Positions 38,807 through 52,062 of a DNA stretch of 64,000 nt are shown here, in pieces. The first letter of the stretch is position 1. Every line of letters starts with the position of its first letter. The stretch lies in assembly GCA_965153285.1 (NCBI GenBank), contig OZ229119.1; one strand, written 5' to 3'. Source of the stretch: Podarcis tiliguerta (lineage: Eukaryota). The position numbers and the translations under genes were made by a program. Below the pieces are notes generated by a model, which did no database searches, was not told the DNA's origin, and saw only the letters and a program-made list of their open reading frames with translations.

Positions 38807-39274
38807 GGATGAAGGAAGCAATATCGCTGAAGGTGGATGCTGAAAGAGTGTGGGACTCCTGAAGGGATAATGAACAAACTATGTCCCATGTGTTGCTTAA
38901 CGTTAGAAGCTGGCATAATGTAGTCCAAGTTTGTTTGTTTGTTTGTTTTCTTTTTTAATAATTACATACTTTATTGAAAACAATACTTTAAAAACAAAAA
39001 AACCAACAACAACAAAAAATACTTGTTTTTCTAATTACTGTGGATATTTTCTTATGTTCTCTATGATAATAAAACACTATTTCTCCTCCAGTGGTTCTAA
39101 GTAGTTCAACCTAAAACAGTTCAGCCGCCAAGCCACCCAACCTGCTTATCAGGTCACCCTTCTTTTTCCCCAGTTCTCTCCTTCTGCTGGCTACTCCTTC
39201 TGCTGGTTGAACCCTTTCCCTTGCTCACTGATCACCATGAACTCCTATGAACGTTTCTTGTGGGCCAACACCTG

Positions 39275-39446
39275 ACCATTGTTGGCATCCATCTGCCTTG
39301 AAAGACAATGGAGTGTGCCTCCAGGGCTGAAGTCAAACCACTGGAGAATCACAACACCTGCCGCGGCTGCAGAGACCAGTAGCTCATAACTGCTGCATCC
39401 TGCATTGTTTTTGCTGCAGCACTGAAATGACCTCTCTGGGGTGCAA
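39275..39446 (-). mobile_element. Probable RTE-type LINE 3' remnant
   Basis: GTTGGCATCCATCTG...AGACAATGGAGTG...TGAAGTCAAACC resembles a squamate retroposon end. From memory only. Confidence 0.35.
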
Positions 39447-42400
39447 AAACATGTGGAGAAAGCAGTTTTACTGGCCAGTTTTGTTCACGTTAGCATAGTC
39501 TCTGATATCTTGGTGTATGCAGCTCATTGGAATATATTTTGTGGAACTAACTTTGTGCTTTATGGTTCTGACATCACTTTGCATGTATGAGAACACTATC
39601 ACCACCATATTTTTCTGTTGGGGTTTGGGTGTGTGTTTTTTAAGCCCCAGGTATTGACTGATTATCTGTCTTATTTACTTTTATCTTCCTGCAACATTTC
39701 TTTATTTGAGGTTCAGGCTACAAACACCATTCAGCATTGTAAGATTTACTATTCCATTTCTACCCAAATAAAAGGGATTTTCTTCTTTTAAAAAGCCTTT
39801 CTATCTGTAACTAAATAATACTATCAAGTCTCCCAATCTCTTCTGACAAAATAAACCTTTCTCTATATTTGTTGTTTAAAGTTCTTTTGTTTGGGTGATT
39901 GTTTGTTTGCTAGGGCAGAATTCCTCTTTTCACTCTGCAATACACCAGGGTTTTCAATCAAATAATTCCACATTAACCCTAATGACATTTCATCTCCTAC
40001 TTCTTGTTAAATGTTAACAGGAAAATGCAACACATCAAACTCTCAATGCAGCTGATTGAATCACACCTAATCTACTTTTCTGTCTCCCTCACTGACCCAT
40101 ATGTTTGGCATCTAAAAACAATTACAAGCCTTATTAAATCCTGATTTTACACCTGTAAGGATGGTGGGACTTAACTGATTTTTTTAAACCCAAAGCACTT
40201 TTGCTTAAATTCATTTAAGAATGTTTGCTTGCTTACTCCTGAAAACATTGTTTCACTTGATTACAACTGACGTAATGTACACCGCCATACAATATAACTA
40301 ATTAAATGAATATTAACCCAATGTGTTATGTTAAAAAAACCATTAAACTTAACTCCACTATGCAGCCGTGAACTTAGTTAGAATCATATTCTAGGCAAAG
40401 AGTTGACATATCAGTGGGATGGGGTGAGGCAGGATGAAAAATCAACCACATTTTGCTGTGAATGCAGCTTAAACCCATGCCTAACAAGCAATTATAAGCA
40501 AATGCCTGTCAGATGCACAATTTCTAGCACGTCTGAAAATAGATGTATGCAAACAAAGGAACACAACTCATTGTGGACATTTTACAACCCAAAGCAGAGT
40601 CCTTGTGATGATCAATCCCTACACACATCACTCCTCAAACTTAACATAAAGTTGCACAAAACAGTGAACTTACCAAATTATTAATATCTATCCTAGTTGC
40701 ACTAGAGCTGGCCTTCAAAGCACCATTAAGTCTTGGAATGGGCAGGTTTCTGGAATTTACTTCTGTGCTCAGTTTGACAAGCCAATTGAACAAGCATAAT
40801 TTAATATATATCTTACAATAACTCATCCCAAGTGGTGTTCTAGGCAGCTTGCAGGGCACCACCTGCTTAGCTTCAGCTATAGAACTGCACCATGTGGTTT
40901 CAAATAATTCTTAAGGCCATTAGTTGAAAGCTTACAGACAAGGCATAGTCTAACCAAAGGTATAGAACTGCACCCTTTGGTATGGGATGGTGGGTTTACC
41001 TCAACTCTTTAGATAGCAGGAGGTCCTAAAATGTTGAGAAATGAACAAATAAAACTAGGAATCCTCGTTTTAGGGTAATAGCATTGCTTGGTTCCAGAAA
41101 GCATCATTCTCTTCAAATATTTGCTTCCAGCCAAAGGCAAAGGTAGAAGAAAAATCCCTCCCTACTGTTTTATGCTCTAAACAGACATTTGTTTGTAGGG
41201 AAAAGGAAGAAAATTGGCATGAAATAGAGGAGAGACTTGCTTGTGTATAAAACAACCTTGGGGACATCTATTGAAAAACACTCTATATTGCTTTACTTGC
41301 CAGTTTTGTCTCCACTAACAAACTTGCCACTTTCTTTTCTACCACTAAACCATCCAAAGTGTTTTCCAACACACTAGTGTTTTCAACATGTAATTATAGA
41401 AAACAGTCTATTTTGTGACTCCTTGCATTGATGCTTGCATCGAGCAAACTTATCCACAGAGGTGCAGGAATTTATATATACAAATACTGGACCATCAAAC
41501 ATAATATAAAATTACTCATCCCTAGATTTCTTGCCATATCTATGCACAAGGAGATAATGGTGGGAGAGCCTGAAGCAACAATTTCCTTGCAAGTTGACAT
41601 TTGCATGCAATGTCTTAAATAATTCTATTTCTTTTTTTAAAAGCCTGGTTTCCATTTTTATACCTTAAGGCTGTTGGGTTCACCAACTGGGCAGAGCTGC
41701 AATGAAAAATGTTCAGCAGCAAAAACTGAGCATTTCCATTTCAGCATATCTGAAAGTTGTAGTGACAAATCCCATGCAAATAGACAGTTGTGGCTTTGCC
41801 CACATTTGGTTAGGTCTCAGCATCACACAATGCGCAATACCCTAACAAATGCATTGTCATGGTAACAGCAACTTTTATGTAGGGCATGACATGATTCATT
41901 GCTGTGTACTGTATGCCTTTACAGTTATTCACAGCAGGTTTCCTATAAACAACATTCTTTAAAAATATCTAGTGCAACCCAACTGTATTCAGCATGATTT
42001 TGCTTCATCTGCATAACACATTGCTATTTTTTGCCAGCTCCTTATTTCAAATGCTTAACAGGTTTGAAAAGATACCAAAACGTACACTGCAGCTTGTATA
42101 CTAACAACCAACAGCTCCCAAGTCTTGTCAACTTATAATATAAAATGAAGCAATTTAGTCAGTGAAGTGAAGTGTGCAAATATTGTTTTATTTCTTAATT
42201 GATAAATACGATTGCTTCTTTTTGAATAGGTATAAAAATCACCCATGAATGCTGATCTTGGACACAGTCAATAAATGAAAGTGCTACCCCAAAGACAATT
42301 GTCCTTAATGCAACAAAGAGGAGGTTTGCTTTAGTTATAACGCTTCTTCCAGAGAGCTCAACGCGGCACTGATGGAGTCGTCTTGATTCATTTTTCCAAC

Positions 42401-42687
42401 ATTAAATGAAGTACAGTTAAACTGAGAGATTCAATGCCATTCTTTCAGCTTTATGGCTGAAAGGAGATCTGAATTCATGTTTCCAGCTAGGCCCCTATCT
42501 GGACAGGGATAGTCTAACTCCTGTTGTCTCTGCTCTGATAACATCTTGGCTAGATTACGGAAATGTATTATATGTCTGGTTACCTTTGAAGATGGTTCAG
42601 AAATTGCAGCTAGTGGAGAATTCAGTGACCAGATTGCACACCAGGGCAAGCTGGTCTGAGCACATGACACTATTTCTGGTCCGACCC

Positions 42688-42870
42688 CACACTGGCTCAC
42701 AATTAGTTTCCAGGCTCAACTCAAAGTGCTGGTTTTGACATGTAGGGCCCCAATACTGTACCTCAAGAACTGCTTCTCCCCATATGAACTAACCCAGACC
42801 CTCTCATCAATCATCTGAGGCCTTCTTCCTGTCACGGTCTCCCCAAGGAAGCCCAGAGGGTGGCAACACA
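42688..42870 (+). mobile_element. Decayed L2 fragment
   Basis: Translates HWLTISFQAQLKVLVLT, similar to the L2 HWLP...FKVL.L.YKAL motif. Confidence 0.6.
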
Positions 42871-44299
42871 ATAATGGATTCCCACATGACTGAGATTTGG
42901 TTTGTTGGTGCTCATCCGGGTCATCCAACAAGGGCATCAGGATGAACCTTATAAATCTTTTTCAAGGACACTTTAAAGACTATCCATGCTCATTGATTAT
43001 AAAACTCGGGATCTTAAGTATAAATAGAACTTCTCAACTTCCCCCTGTTGACAATGAAACAAAAAATCATGCTAATATATTGTTTCAGGCCACCCCAACC
43101 TCTGCTGAGCAAGATCCTAGGGGTCTTGCCACTCAACCAGAAATTAGGCACAGTGGAGACTGCAGTGTCTCCCGAAATATGGTTTATTTGCACATATCTA
43201 CAATCTGTGTCTAGATGGAAACCGTTTAGAGCGTTCACATCTCAAGAGGAGCTTGCTTCCTGCAAGAGTTCAGCACTGGAATCCATGGACAGCAAACAGC
43301 CATCTTTTGTGACACTTTGTTCCAGCCTGTCATTCCCAGCTCACATGGAGTTCTGCTCTTCCTCCTCCTCCTTCTTCCTGCTAACTGACTCCAAGGACCT
43401 CTTCCTAGCCTACGTCATTCAAAGTTGAAACCTTAAACCTGGCCTTTGTCTGCTACCATTGACCTTTGTCTCTCTTACTCACTCAGAGACAGGGGTGGGG
43501 TGGGGTGGGCATGACAGCGACTTCACTCTTCTGCTGACTAGTATTGCCCATCATTCTTAATGACCCACTGCTCTGCTCTCTTTGTTTCTTGCTAATGGCT
43601 TCTCTTCAAAACTGGTCTGGTCCATCTTTTTTGACAATGCTACATCTGACAGCTTCCCTTAATACACCAAGCATTGATTTATTCCTGACATTTACTAAAT
43701 CTAAGAATTTAGGGGGATCTGCCCCCTCCACAAACATAAGTTTGATCCCACATTTAGGGACTCTATCACCCACCCGCCTGCCCCCCCCACAAATTCATAG
43801 CAGAATTAATAAATATGGTCCAACTTGTTATAGTTTCTACAAAGTGTGCTTGTTTTAAAAGGATTTCTTGTTCCCAATAATTCATTGTGCAGCTTAGTGC
43901 AAATCTATCATGCTAATTTGGTTCATTGAAACTCTGATCACTGACTAATGATAGTGTGGAAATTGAAGATATGGCTTTAGCACCCAAAGTATAGAAATAA
44001 TTGATGTAATTAATCCAAGCCTAGCATGGAAGAGCTATTAAATCAATAGGATTTCATGTCTTTCATATTGGTGTGTATATATTAGGGGATTAAAACTGAA
44101 AAAAATCTTAGCAGCATAGCATCATTGCTTTGTAGCCATTTATGAAGGTGGGGGAACCCAAACACATTTCATAATATACATATATAGGGTGTATGTGTAA
44201 AATATTATTTTGTACCACATAATGAATTTTGGAGTGGTCCAAATGAATAGGCTATTTTAAAAAGCCTGTTGGCACAAGCCAAAGGCATCTTGTTCTCAA

Positions 44300-44520
44300 A
44301 GTGACAAATTACATTTTTGTAATATTTGTTTTATTTACAAATAGAACATAAATGAAAGGAAAGAGCAGGCACTTATACAAAACAGCAGCTCCACTACCCC
44401 ACACCAGATCTCCAGAGAAGATGCCAACTAGGAATTGTGTATCCTCTCTCACACATGCAGAGACATCTGCACTTGTAGCTCCCCATAGCTGCATATAGTT
44501 GGGTCTCCTTCTTTGATCAT
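44300..44520 (-). mobile_element. Possible LTR remnant
   Basis: Minus-strand GTAAATAAAACAAATATTAC resembles the polyA region of the LTR at 4018-4599. Confidence 0.3.
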
Positions 44521-44939
44521 TTTCCATACAGAATGGGGCTGATGGGAATTGTAGTCCACAACATCTGGAGGGCGCCATATTGGCTACCCCGTCCTAACAG
44601 AAAACTATTTCACCTGACTTCTGGATTTTGGTATACGAACACAAAATGGTCGGTTACCCTTTCCCAGCTGCCATCCCCAGCAGCTACAGCACATGGGTCT
44701 GGTGAGACTGCCCACACAAAGGTAAAATTGAAATGGGCCAATCAGAGGCCCCACCTGGTGAGCATTGCCTTGCTGGCTGACTGGGCATTGGCTGCTCTCA
44801 TGCCCAGTCAGGCAGTGATGCATAAAATTTGGTTGCACCTGACTCCTTCAGTGCAGTCGGCAGAAAAACAAATCAAACTTTTGTGTGCATCACCCAAAAA
44901 GTTGTGCAACACCCTGTCCAGAACCAACAGCATATTCAA

Positions 44940-45200
44940 GGCATCCAAGGGGTCTCAGTGGAAGTAAGCCTCTGTCCAGAAGCTAAGCATAGGGTAGACA
45001 GGCCATAGAGCTTCCAACAGTGGCTGGAGGTCGGCCACCTCAGTAGAGCGGCATCTTGGGGAAGCCATAATCCTTGACATGACCTGACTGGAGGCTAGAA
45101 CAGATGTACACTCAATTCCTAAGCCTTAATTCCACCTACACCTGTAATAAAGAAAGATGTGGCCATTGTTGTCTCCTGGGTTTATTTTATCACACCTGAC
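44940..45200 (+). mobile_element. Old LTR-like element, copy C (partial)
   Basis: GCCTCTGTCCAGAAG (44968-44982), CACTCAATTCCTA (45109-45121) and CTACACCTGTAATAAAG...TGTGGCC. Confidence 0.45.
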
Positions 45201-47114
45201 TTTAGTCACTGCCTAGGGGAGGGTGGAGCTGTGAATGGGACTGCAAATAAGGATAAATAATGTCAACTGTAAGTTCTATTAAGTGTGGCGCATTTGTATG
45301 CCTACAACTGAAATATTCGCATTGATCATTTGGAGAAGAGAATCATAAGTAATTCTGAAATCTCTTAACTTTTGTTTGTTTAATTCAATAAAATCAATTG
45401 TATACATATGCTGTTAAAAGCTGCCATTGCCAGCATCGTAGGCCTGCAATTATTTCATGAATATGTTTGTAAACTGCTGGAACATGAAGGACCTTCCCTT
45501 TGATAATCTGGAATATTGATATCCTTCAGAAGTAATAACACGTCTTTTAGTTTCTAGTTCCAGAGAACTTGGGATTTTCCTGTCCTTCCCTATCAACGTC
45601 AAATAAGAACCTTTTAACTTTTTATTAATAGAACTAAATGGGGACTATTTTATATAAAAAAATTATATCCAACAGTGGACCTTCTGTAATTGATATGAAA
45701 CTATTGTGGCATGGATAATTAGTGCTCTGTATAAATCAGTGTTGACAAGCTGCATAAATGATTAAGGCAAAAAATAGCTAATTTCACAGTTTATCTGTAA
45801 CATAAAAATTTCAAAAAGGATAATTTATATTGCTGAAGAGATAGTTAGAACTTTCATACTTCCTCCAATGAAATGTGCTAATAAGGAAGATTAATGCCAC
45901 TTCTCAAATGACCTATAATTTGTTCTTTTTAAGGGAAGAGGAGATCAGGGCTATGATAAGACACAAATGTTTTTAAGCACTGTAGGGCAAATGGCGATCT
46001 GTGTAATACGGGCCTTAGTAAGACTTCTAAGGATAAAATAAAAAAAAACACCTAGAACAATTTAATAAATAATAAGCAAGATTTAACAAATGCAGAAGTT
46101 CCTCCACACCAATCTGAACACAGCTGAATTACTTTAATTTGCTTATCCTTGCTAGATCGCTGTGGTGGGTCTGGTAACATCTGTGGATCTTGCCATGTGA
46201 TTCTACAGAACTGTCTATCAAAAATACATGGCTGCATCTGTTCTTAGTAATTTGTCTCTTCTTGACATAAGCTTCTCTACACCTCCCACCACTACTGTTG
46301 TTCTGGGGGAAAAAACCTGTTTATTTATGTGTATTTCTTACATTTCACTTCTTTCAGCATAGATTAAGAGAACAGCTGCCAGAATTGCAATATGTGAAAA
46401 ATAACTTTGAAATACGGTGACTCCATTGGTGAAAAAATTAAAAAGGAAATATCTTTAAACTGACTGAAGAAGATGCTAATGTCAAATAGTTCTGAGATAA
46501 CAGACACCCAATTTCAGAATACAGGGGGGGAAATGCCACAAGAGAAGGCCCATTTCCCCCCTTGTGTCAAATATTAGGTTTTGTAAAATATTAGAAATGT
46601 AGAGAAACTTTAAACATTCTGCCAAAACAGACATATGAAGGGTAGCTGTCTGAAATAGCTGCTTATCTGTGGCTATGAGGAGGCAGTGGTTGCAACTTGG
46701 CACAAATCATGGCGGCAGGCGCCCATGGGCACCTGGAAAAGTGGAAGCAGGTGGAAAAGTACGTCATTTTCTCTGCCAGCTGCACAGGCTTCTGGGACTC
46801 ACCCATGATTCTTGACAGTAGTGGAAAGGTTTGTGGGCATGGCCTCAGGGTCAGACCAGAGGGAAGATTTCACTTGCCTGTCTTCCCTCCTGTCCACTTC
46901 CTGGGCACAAAAGAAAGCCACTCCAAAGCACTGCTCTCAGTCAGAGTTTGGCCTCCCCACCCACCCTACGCCCTAAGCGCATGACTGCCTGAGGGTAAGC
47001 AGGCAGGCCTTGCCATGGATGTATTCAGTCACCGTGTTTGGAAGAAATTTGCTTTCAGATTAGGCCTGTCTGGGGTTTTGCCTACCTCATAGCAATCATT
47101 ACAACTTTGATGGT

Positions 47115-47790
47115 GGATAGGGCATTGGAGTTCATCCTCAGTCTGGTTGGATGGTGAGGCCAGAAACCTTGCGAGTCCAAGGAAGCAGGGGATCCTGTTA
47201 AAAGAATCCAGGGTGAAGGCTCTTCTGTCCAGATGGCTAGACAGGCCATAGGTCCATAGACCTCAGGTGGGGTCGCCCTGATTTGGTGTGTGTCATAGGG
47301 CAACCTGTAACCCTTGTTAAAGTAAAGTGACCCCTGACCATTAGGTCTAGTCGTGGCCGACTCTGGGGTTGCAGCGCTCATCTCACTTTGTTGGCCAAGG
47401 GAGCCAGCGTACAGTTTCCGGGTCATGTGGCCAGCATGACTAAGCCGCTTCTGGCGAACCAGAGCAGTGCACGGAAACGCCGTTTACCTTCCCACCAGAG
47501 CGGTACCTATTTATCTACTTTCACTTTGACGTGCTTTCGAACTGCTAGGTGGGCAGGAGCAGGGACCAAGCAACGGGAGCTCACCCGGTTGCGGGGATTC
47601 AAACTGCCGACCTTCTGATCAGCAAGTCCTAGGCTCTGTGGTTTAACCCACAGCGCCACCTGCATCCCGTAACCGTGGTCAACCATGCCTAAATAATTAA
47701 CCAGCAGACAGGTTGGTTAATTCAAGGCATGCTAATTCAGGATGTGCTAAAACCTGTTGACACCTGTAATAGAACAAGCTGTGGTCTATT
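47115..47790 (+). mobile_element. Old LTR-like element, copy D (split by a Sauria SINE)
   Basis: GGCATTGG (47121), GAATCCAGG, CTTCTGTCCAGATG (47222-47235). Resumes after the SINE with ...CACCTGTAATAG...TGTGGTC. Confidence 0.5.
47321..47668 (-). mobile_element. Sauria SINE, full length
   Basis: Diagnostic TTCCGGGTCATGTGGCCAGCATGAC and TACCTATTTATCTACT. tRNA-like head at the right, (ACCTTT)-type tail at the left. Imperfect TSD GTAACCCTTGTTAA / GTAACCGTGGTCAA. Confidence 0.92.
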
Positions 47791-48373
47791 TAAATTCCAA
47801 AATGGTTGCCCTGTGTTTATTGCAATTCTTCCAGGATTAGGACCTCCTGCCTACAGCTTCAGTGCTGCTGAGGCCTGCAATGAGAATTCACCTCCGTACA
47901 GTGAAAGCTGGTTTATTTGGATGAGCAGGGCACTGCGCCACCAACCTCAGCCTGCTCTCAGCCAGCACCTGCCCACCTGTCTTACTTGCAACTACTACTA
48001 CTAGGGATAGTACTGCCTATCATCTTAGTCATCCTCAATCTCAGTATCTCTTATAGAATTCATCAAAAAGGTAGTAGGGGGCAAAATTAGAATTAGCTGG
48101 CTCTTACTATCATTAGCAAGGGTGTCATCTACTGTTGGCTCCCTGCTTTTTGCCCTAAAAGTTCCAATGGGTAGCAGCCACCACTGCTTCCATATCACAC
48201 TTGCCCTCTGCCAAGTCAGAAAGGTCAAATGCCAAGGAAGCAAGTAAAGGCAAGGCTATATCTGGTGAGGCAAGTGGCAAGCTGAGTCTAGCTTCTTGCT
48301 CTGAGAAGCAAGCATTAACTGGAAGCTTCATGCTTTTCAGGGATGTCTGTGGATTACTAAGGTTTAAGAGGCT

Positions 48374-48746
48374 AAAGGTAAAGGACCCCTGACAGTTGAG
48401 TCCAGTCGCAGATGACTCTGGGGTTTCGGTGCTCATCTTGCTTTACAGGCTGAGGAAGCCAGTGTTTATCCGCAGACAGTTTTTCCAGGTCATATGTCCA
48501 GAATGACTAAGCCGCTTCTGGTGCAACAGAACACCAAAACCAGAGCAGCGCACAGAAACGCTATTTACCTTCCCGCTGGAGCAGTACCTATTTATCTACT
48601 TGCACTTTTTGGGTGTGCTTTTGAACTGCTAGGTTAGCAGGAGCAGGGACCGAGCAACAGGAGCTCACCCCGTCTCAGGGATTCAAACCGCCGACCTGCT
48701 GATTGGCAAACCCAAGAGGCTCAGTGATTTAGACCACAGCGCCACC
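48374..48746 (-). mobile_element. Sauria SINE
   Basis: Homologous to 47321-47668. TAAAGGTAAAGG tail. TSD-like TTTAAGAGGCTAAAG / TTTAAAGAGGTTAAAG. Confidence 0.9.
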
Positions 48747-51399
48747 TTTTTAAAGAGGTTAAAGCTTTTCAAATTCATTGCTGCTTTCAGTGAACAGGAC
48801 CATCACTTCATGCAGTCTTTCTGCCAAATACCTACCTATCAAATTGCCTTTCTCCATTTCTCATGAAAACTATCCTTGTTAGGAAGAGGACTGAGGGCAC
48901 AGAATAAAGTCACCTTGTTGAACTTAAGCAGTTCTAGATTTGGTGAGCATCTGAATGGGAGCCCACCAGGAAGCCTTTATATGCCACCCTGATTCCATAT
49001 ATAACCAATGTGCTCAAAGCAGGCTTCTTAAACCACAGGGAGGGGAAAGAAAATGGTGAAATCTGTATGCTTTCTAGTGACTTGTGTTTCAGAATTTGGA
49101 CTGCTTCTAGAGAGAAATTTAAGACTATAAAAGTGATGGCAATTATTTAAAGTATTTTTGATGTTGCTTGTATGCCACTTCATCTGGAAAGCAGTGTAAG
49201 TGCTTTCCCCGCCCCCACGCTATACCAACAAGGAAAAATATAGTCTTTATTTAGGGGCGCAGAAGACCTTCAGTAATTCTAACATATCTTAATGGCATTA
49301 AGAGCATTACAGGGAAAGATGAACACATTAAACACAATGAAAATCCAACAATTTTCTTGGAAGATTATGCAGAATGCCTCAGCTTACCTAATTTATTGGA
49401 AACACTGTTGTTCTGTTTTACTCTCCCACCTCCAGAATGATAAATTACTTTTCATGCATTTTGATCAAAATAAAATCTCACTAAATGAGATATGACTGGT
49501 AAAAGATAGGTTGATACGAGTTCTTCTGCATCAACAGCTGATAGATGTAGTACTTTAACTTCTGTGCACCACATAAGAGAGGATGATTTATTAATGACAA
49601 TTATATTAAATAGTCCTAAGGTCACTATCAAAAGTGACAAGAGAAATCTAAAGCAGGAAAGCAAAAGGCCAAAGGATAAAGGTAAAATAATTCACATGGC
49701 CGATAATCAGAAAGGCTAATAAAAGAACAGATACAAAGAAAATGAATTATGCATGCAGTCTTATCCTCCTGCCTGATGAATGCAGGTGAGGGTGAATTTG
49801 CCTCCATACGCTCCCATGGTAGCAAAAGCTTGGAATGGATGAAGTCAATGTGACATAATCTGGCCTCATGCAGTCCTACGACTGGGATGGGACAAAGGCA
49901 CATGCATTTTTAGTGCTCCCCCTCTTCTCCTGCATAGCTATGATGTCTGCTACCACACACTGCCCACTCCACCGATTAAGACTGTGCAGAATTAAAGTGT
50001 CACTGTTGGGACAAAGTAGGGAACTGGTGTCTTTTCCCCCCACTACACTGCTAGTGTACAAACAGTAACACAAATCAGTGTTGTGTGCAACGCGCTCCCT
50101 GCTGAAATATAAGAAGTTTCATCTGCATGGGCACTCTCCTCTTTACACCTCTTTACACAGTCATGCTCTTAACCTCCTGATTTAATTGCTGTGCTGCTTT
50201 ATTGTCTGTTTTTAATTTCAGATGTCTAAATATTAATGGTTTGATGGGACCATTTTCTTGTATATTTTAACTACAGATGTTTATATATTCCACTTTGTGC
50301 AACCTGCTTTTATATTTTGTAAACCGCTTAGAAGACTATTTTGGCATTAAGCAGTATGTGGGTGGGAGGCTGGACCATTCAAAACAGTGGGCTTTACTTT
50401 TGGGTAAACATTTGACTGATTGCACTGCAGAGCTTGAAACAGCCATTTCTCATAGATGTAGGATAAGAATGTGGAGCTGATTCCTCAGCATTATTGAGAA
50501 GAAATATATGTCCCAACTTACAAATCAGAGTAAATAAGAAACAAGAAAAACCATTTAGTCATCCGTCTCTCCTCCCATCTCCCATATTGTGTTAAAGAGA
50601 AAAGTGATTGATAGAGCACAGTGCTAATATTTTCTAAGCCCTGTTTTTATAGCTTTTCTGTCAATATTTTCTTCAGCCAAGAAGAGCAACTGAGTGTTGA
50701 ACATCTTTTCTTTCTTTCTTTCTTTTAAAAAAAACCTAGCTAAGACAAATCTATTCCAGCTCTATCCTCTTGTGTTAAAACTTCATTGTAAGTAATTCTG
50801 AAAGCTAGTGGAAAGGCTGTGAATTTGAGCATAGTGCTTAAAACATAATAAAGCAGCTAAAATCAATACTTAGTCATTGTTATTCCAAACTTGTTTCTGC
50901 AAATAGACAGTTGTTAAGCCTCTTTTAAGCAAAATTGTGATCTACAGTGGATGGCAGCCCATTGACTAGAGCTTATTATATGATAAGGATTTTCTTTTTC
51001 TAATCAAATGTTTTATCATTTGTAAGCCATATTGAAGTATTTGGTCCAACACTTTATTTGCATAAAGCATAAGAGGTCACTGCAAAAGTAATCTGAAATT
51101 TTAATATGTATGCATAAAGTTCTAATGATAGCAGCATTGCAAAATATACAATAATCTCTGAAAGTCAATGGTTAGTAATTTGTCACATACCCTTATCAAG
51201 AGTGAACATCCAGACTGTAATCCTATGCAACCTCCTCAGACGTTAGATGCAGCTTACACCCAGGTAAAGATGCAATAGCTATTTCCCATCTCAGAAAAAA
51301 ATAAATCCTGGCTTGTACCCCAGAAGGCATTGAGCCAACTGTATATTTTTTGGGGGGTGGGGGAACTTTTTGTTGGGATACTGCCAGGGAGACAAAGTC

Positions 51400-51870
51400 C
51401 ATCATGACTCCACGTCGTCTCCGGATGTCCATTGATCTCCCGTAGACACGCAGTATCAGCAATTAGCGACACGAGCTCCAGAAATAGCTTGCCACATTCC
51501 AGAGCCGTGCACGCTCTATCAGCAGATAATGCACAGCGAAAGATGCACTCAGGAGAGCATTATTTACAAGTTTATTTCTGCGTTGATCAGAACAAAGGAA
51601 AACATGACTGCCTGCTTCAGTGTTCCGGCAGAGAGAGAGAAACGAAAACAAAGACACAACAGAAACATCCTGTGAAAACAGGAAATACGCAGACTCTGTG
51701 ACTCACAAAGCCTGCTCCCTTTTAAGGTGGAACGGAAATATCCTAACACTTTTATGGAGCAGAATGGCTACCTTCCCTTCACTCTTCCTCCCAGTCGCGT
51801 TTTCAGCTGGCTGTTTGTGGTCAACTGCTAAACTACTTGATGATAGGGCAATGAATTTGTGACGCAATCT
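51400..51870. promoter_or_regulatory. CpG-enriched candidate promoter/enhancer
   Basis: About 18 CpGs (hand count) in ~460 bp of non-repeat DNA. CArG CCTTTTAAGG 51718-51727, AP-1 TGACTCA 51699-51705, TEAD CATTCC 51495-51500, two AACAAAG, ETS-like GGAAAT, TGACGCAAT 51860-51868. Confidence 0.5.
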
Positions 51871-51964
51871 CTCACCAAAGCCACCACTTGAACCTGCAGT
51901 TTAGCTTTAAATTTGCCTTGTTTCTCAGTATTTTAAAATCCAAGCTGTTGTTTTGCCAAGATAA

Positions 51965-52062
51965 CCGCAGCCGGCTCCCTTGGCCAATTAAGCAAGATGA
52001 GTGCTGCAACCTCAGAGTCATCCGCGACTGGACCTAATGGTCAGGGGTCCCTTTACCTTTAC
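51965..52062 (+). mobile_element. Sauria SINE 3' fragment
   Basis: GGACCTAATGGTCAGGGGTCCCTTTACCTTTACC is the reverse complement of the SINE tails elsewhere in the window. Confidence 0.88.

Noticed and set aside
42336-42430. Minus-strand peptide MNQDDSISAALSSLEEAL* as a terminal exon
   Set aside because: Weak acceptor, upstream in-frame stop, unrecognised sequence.
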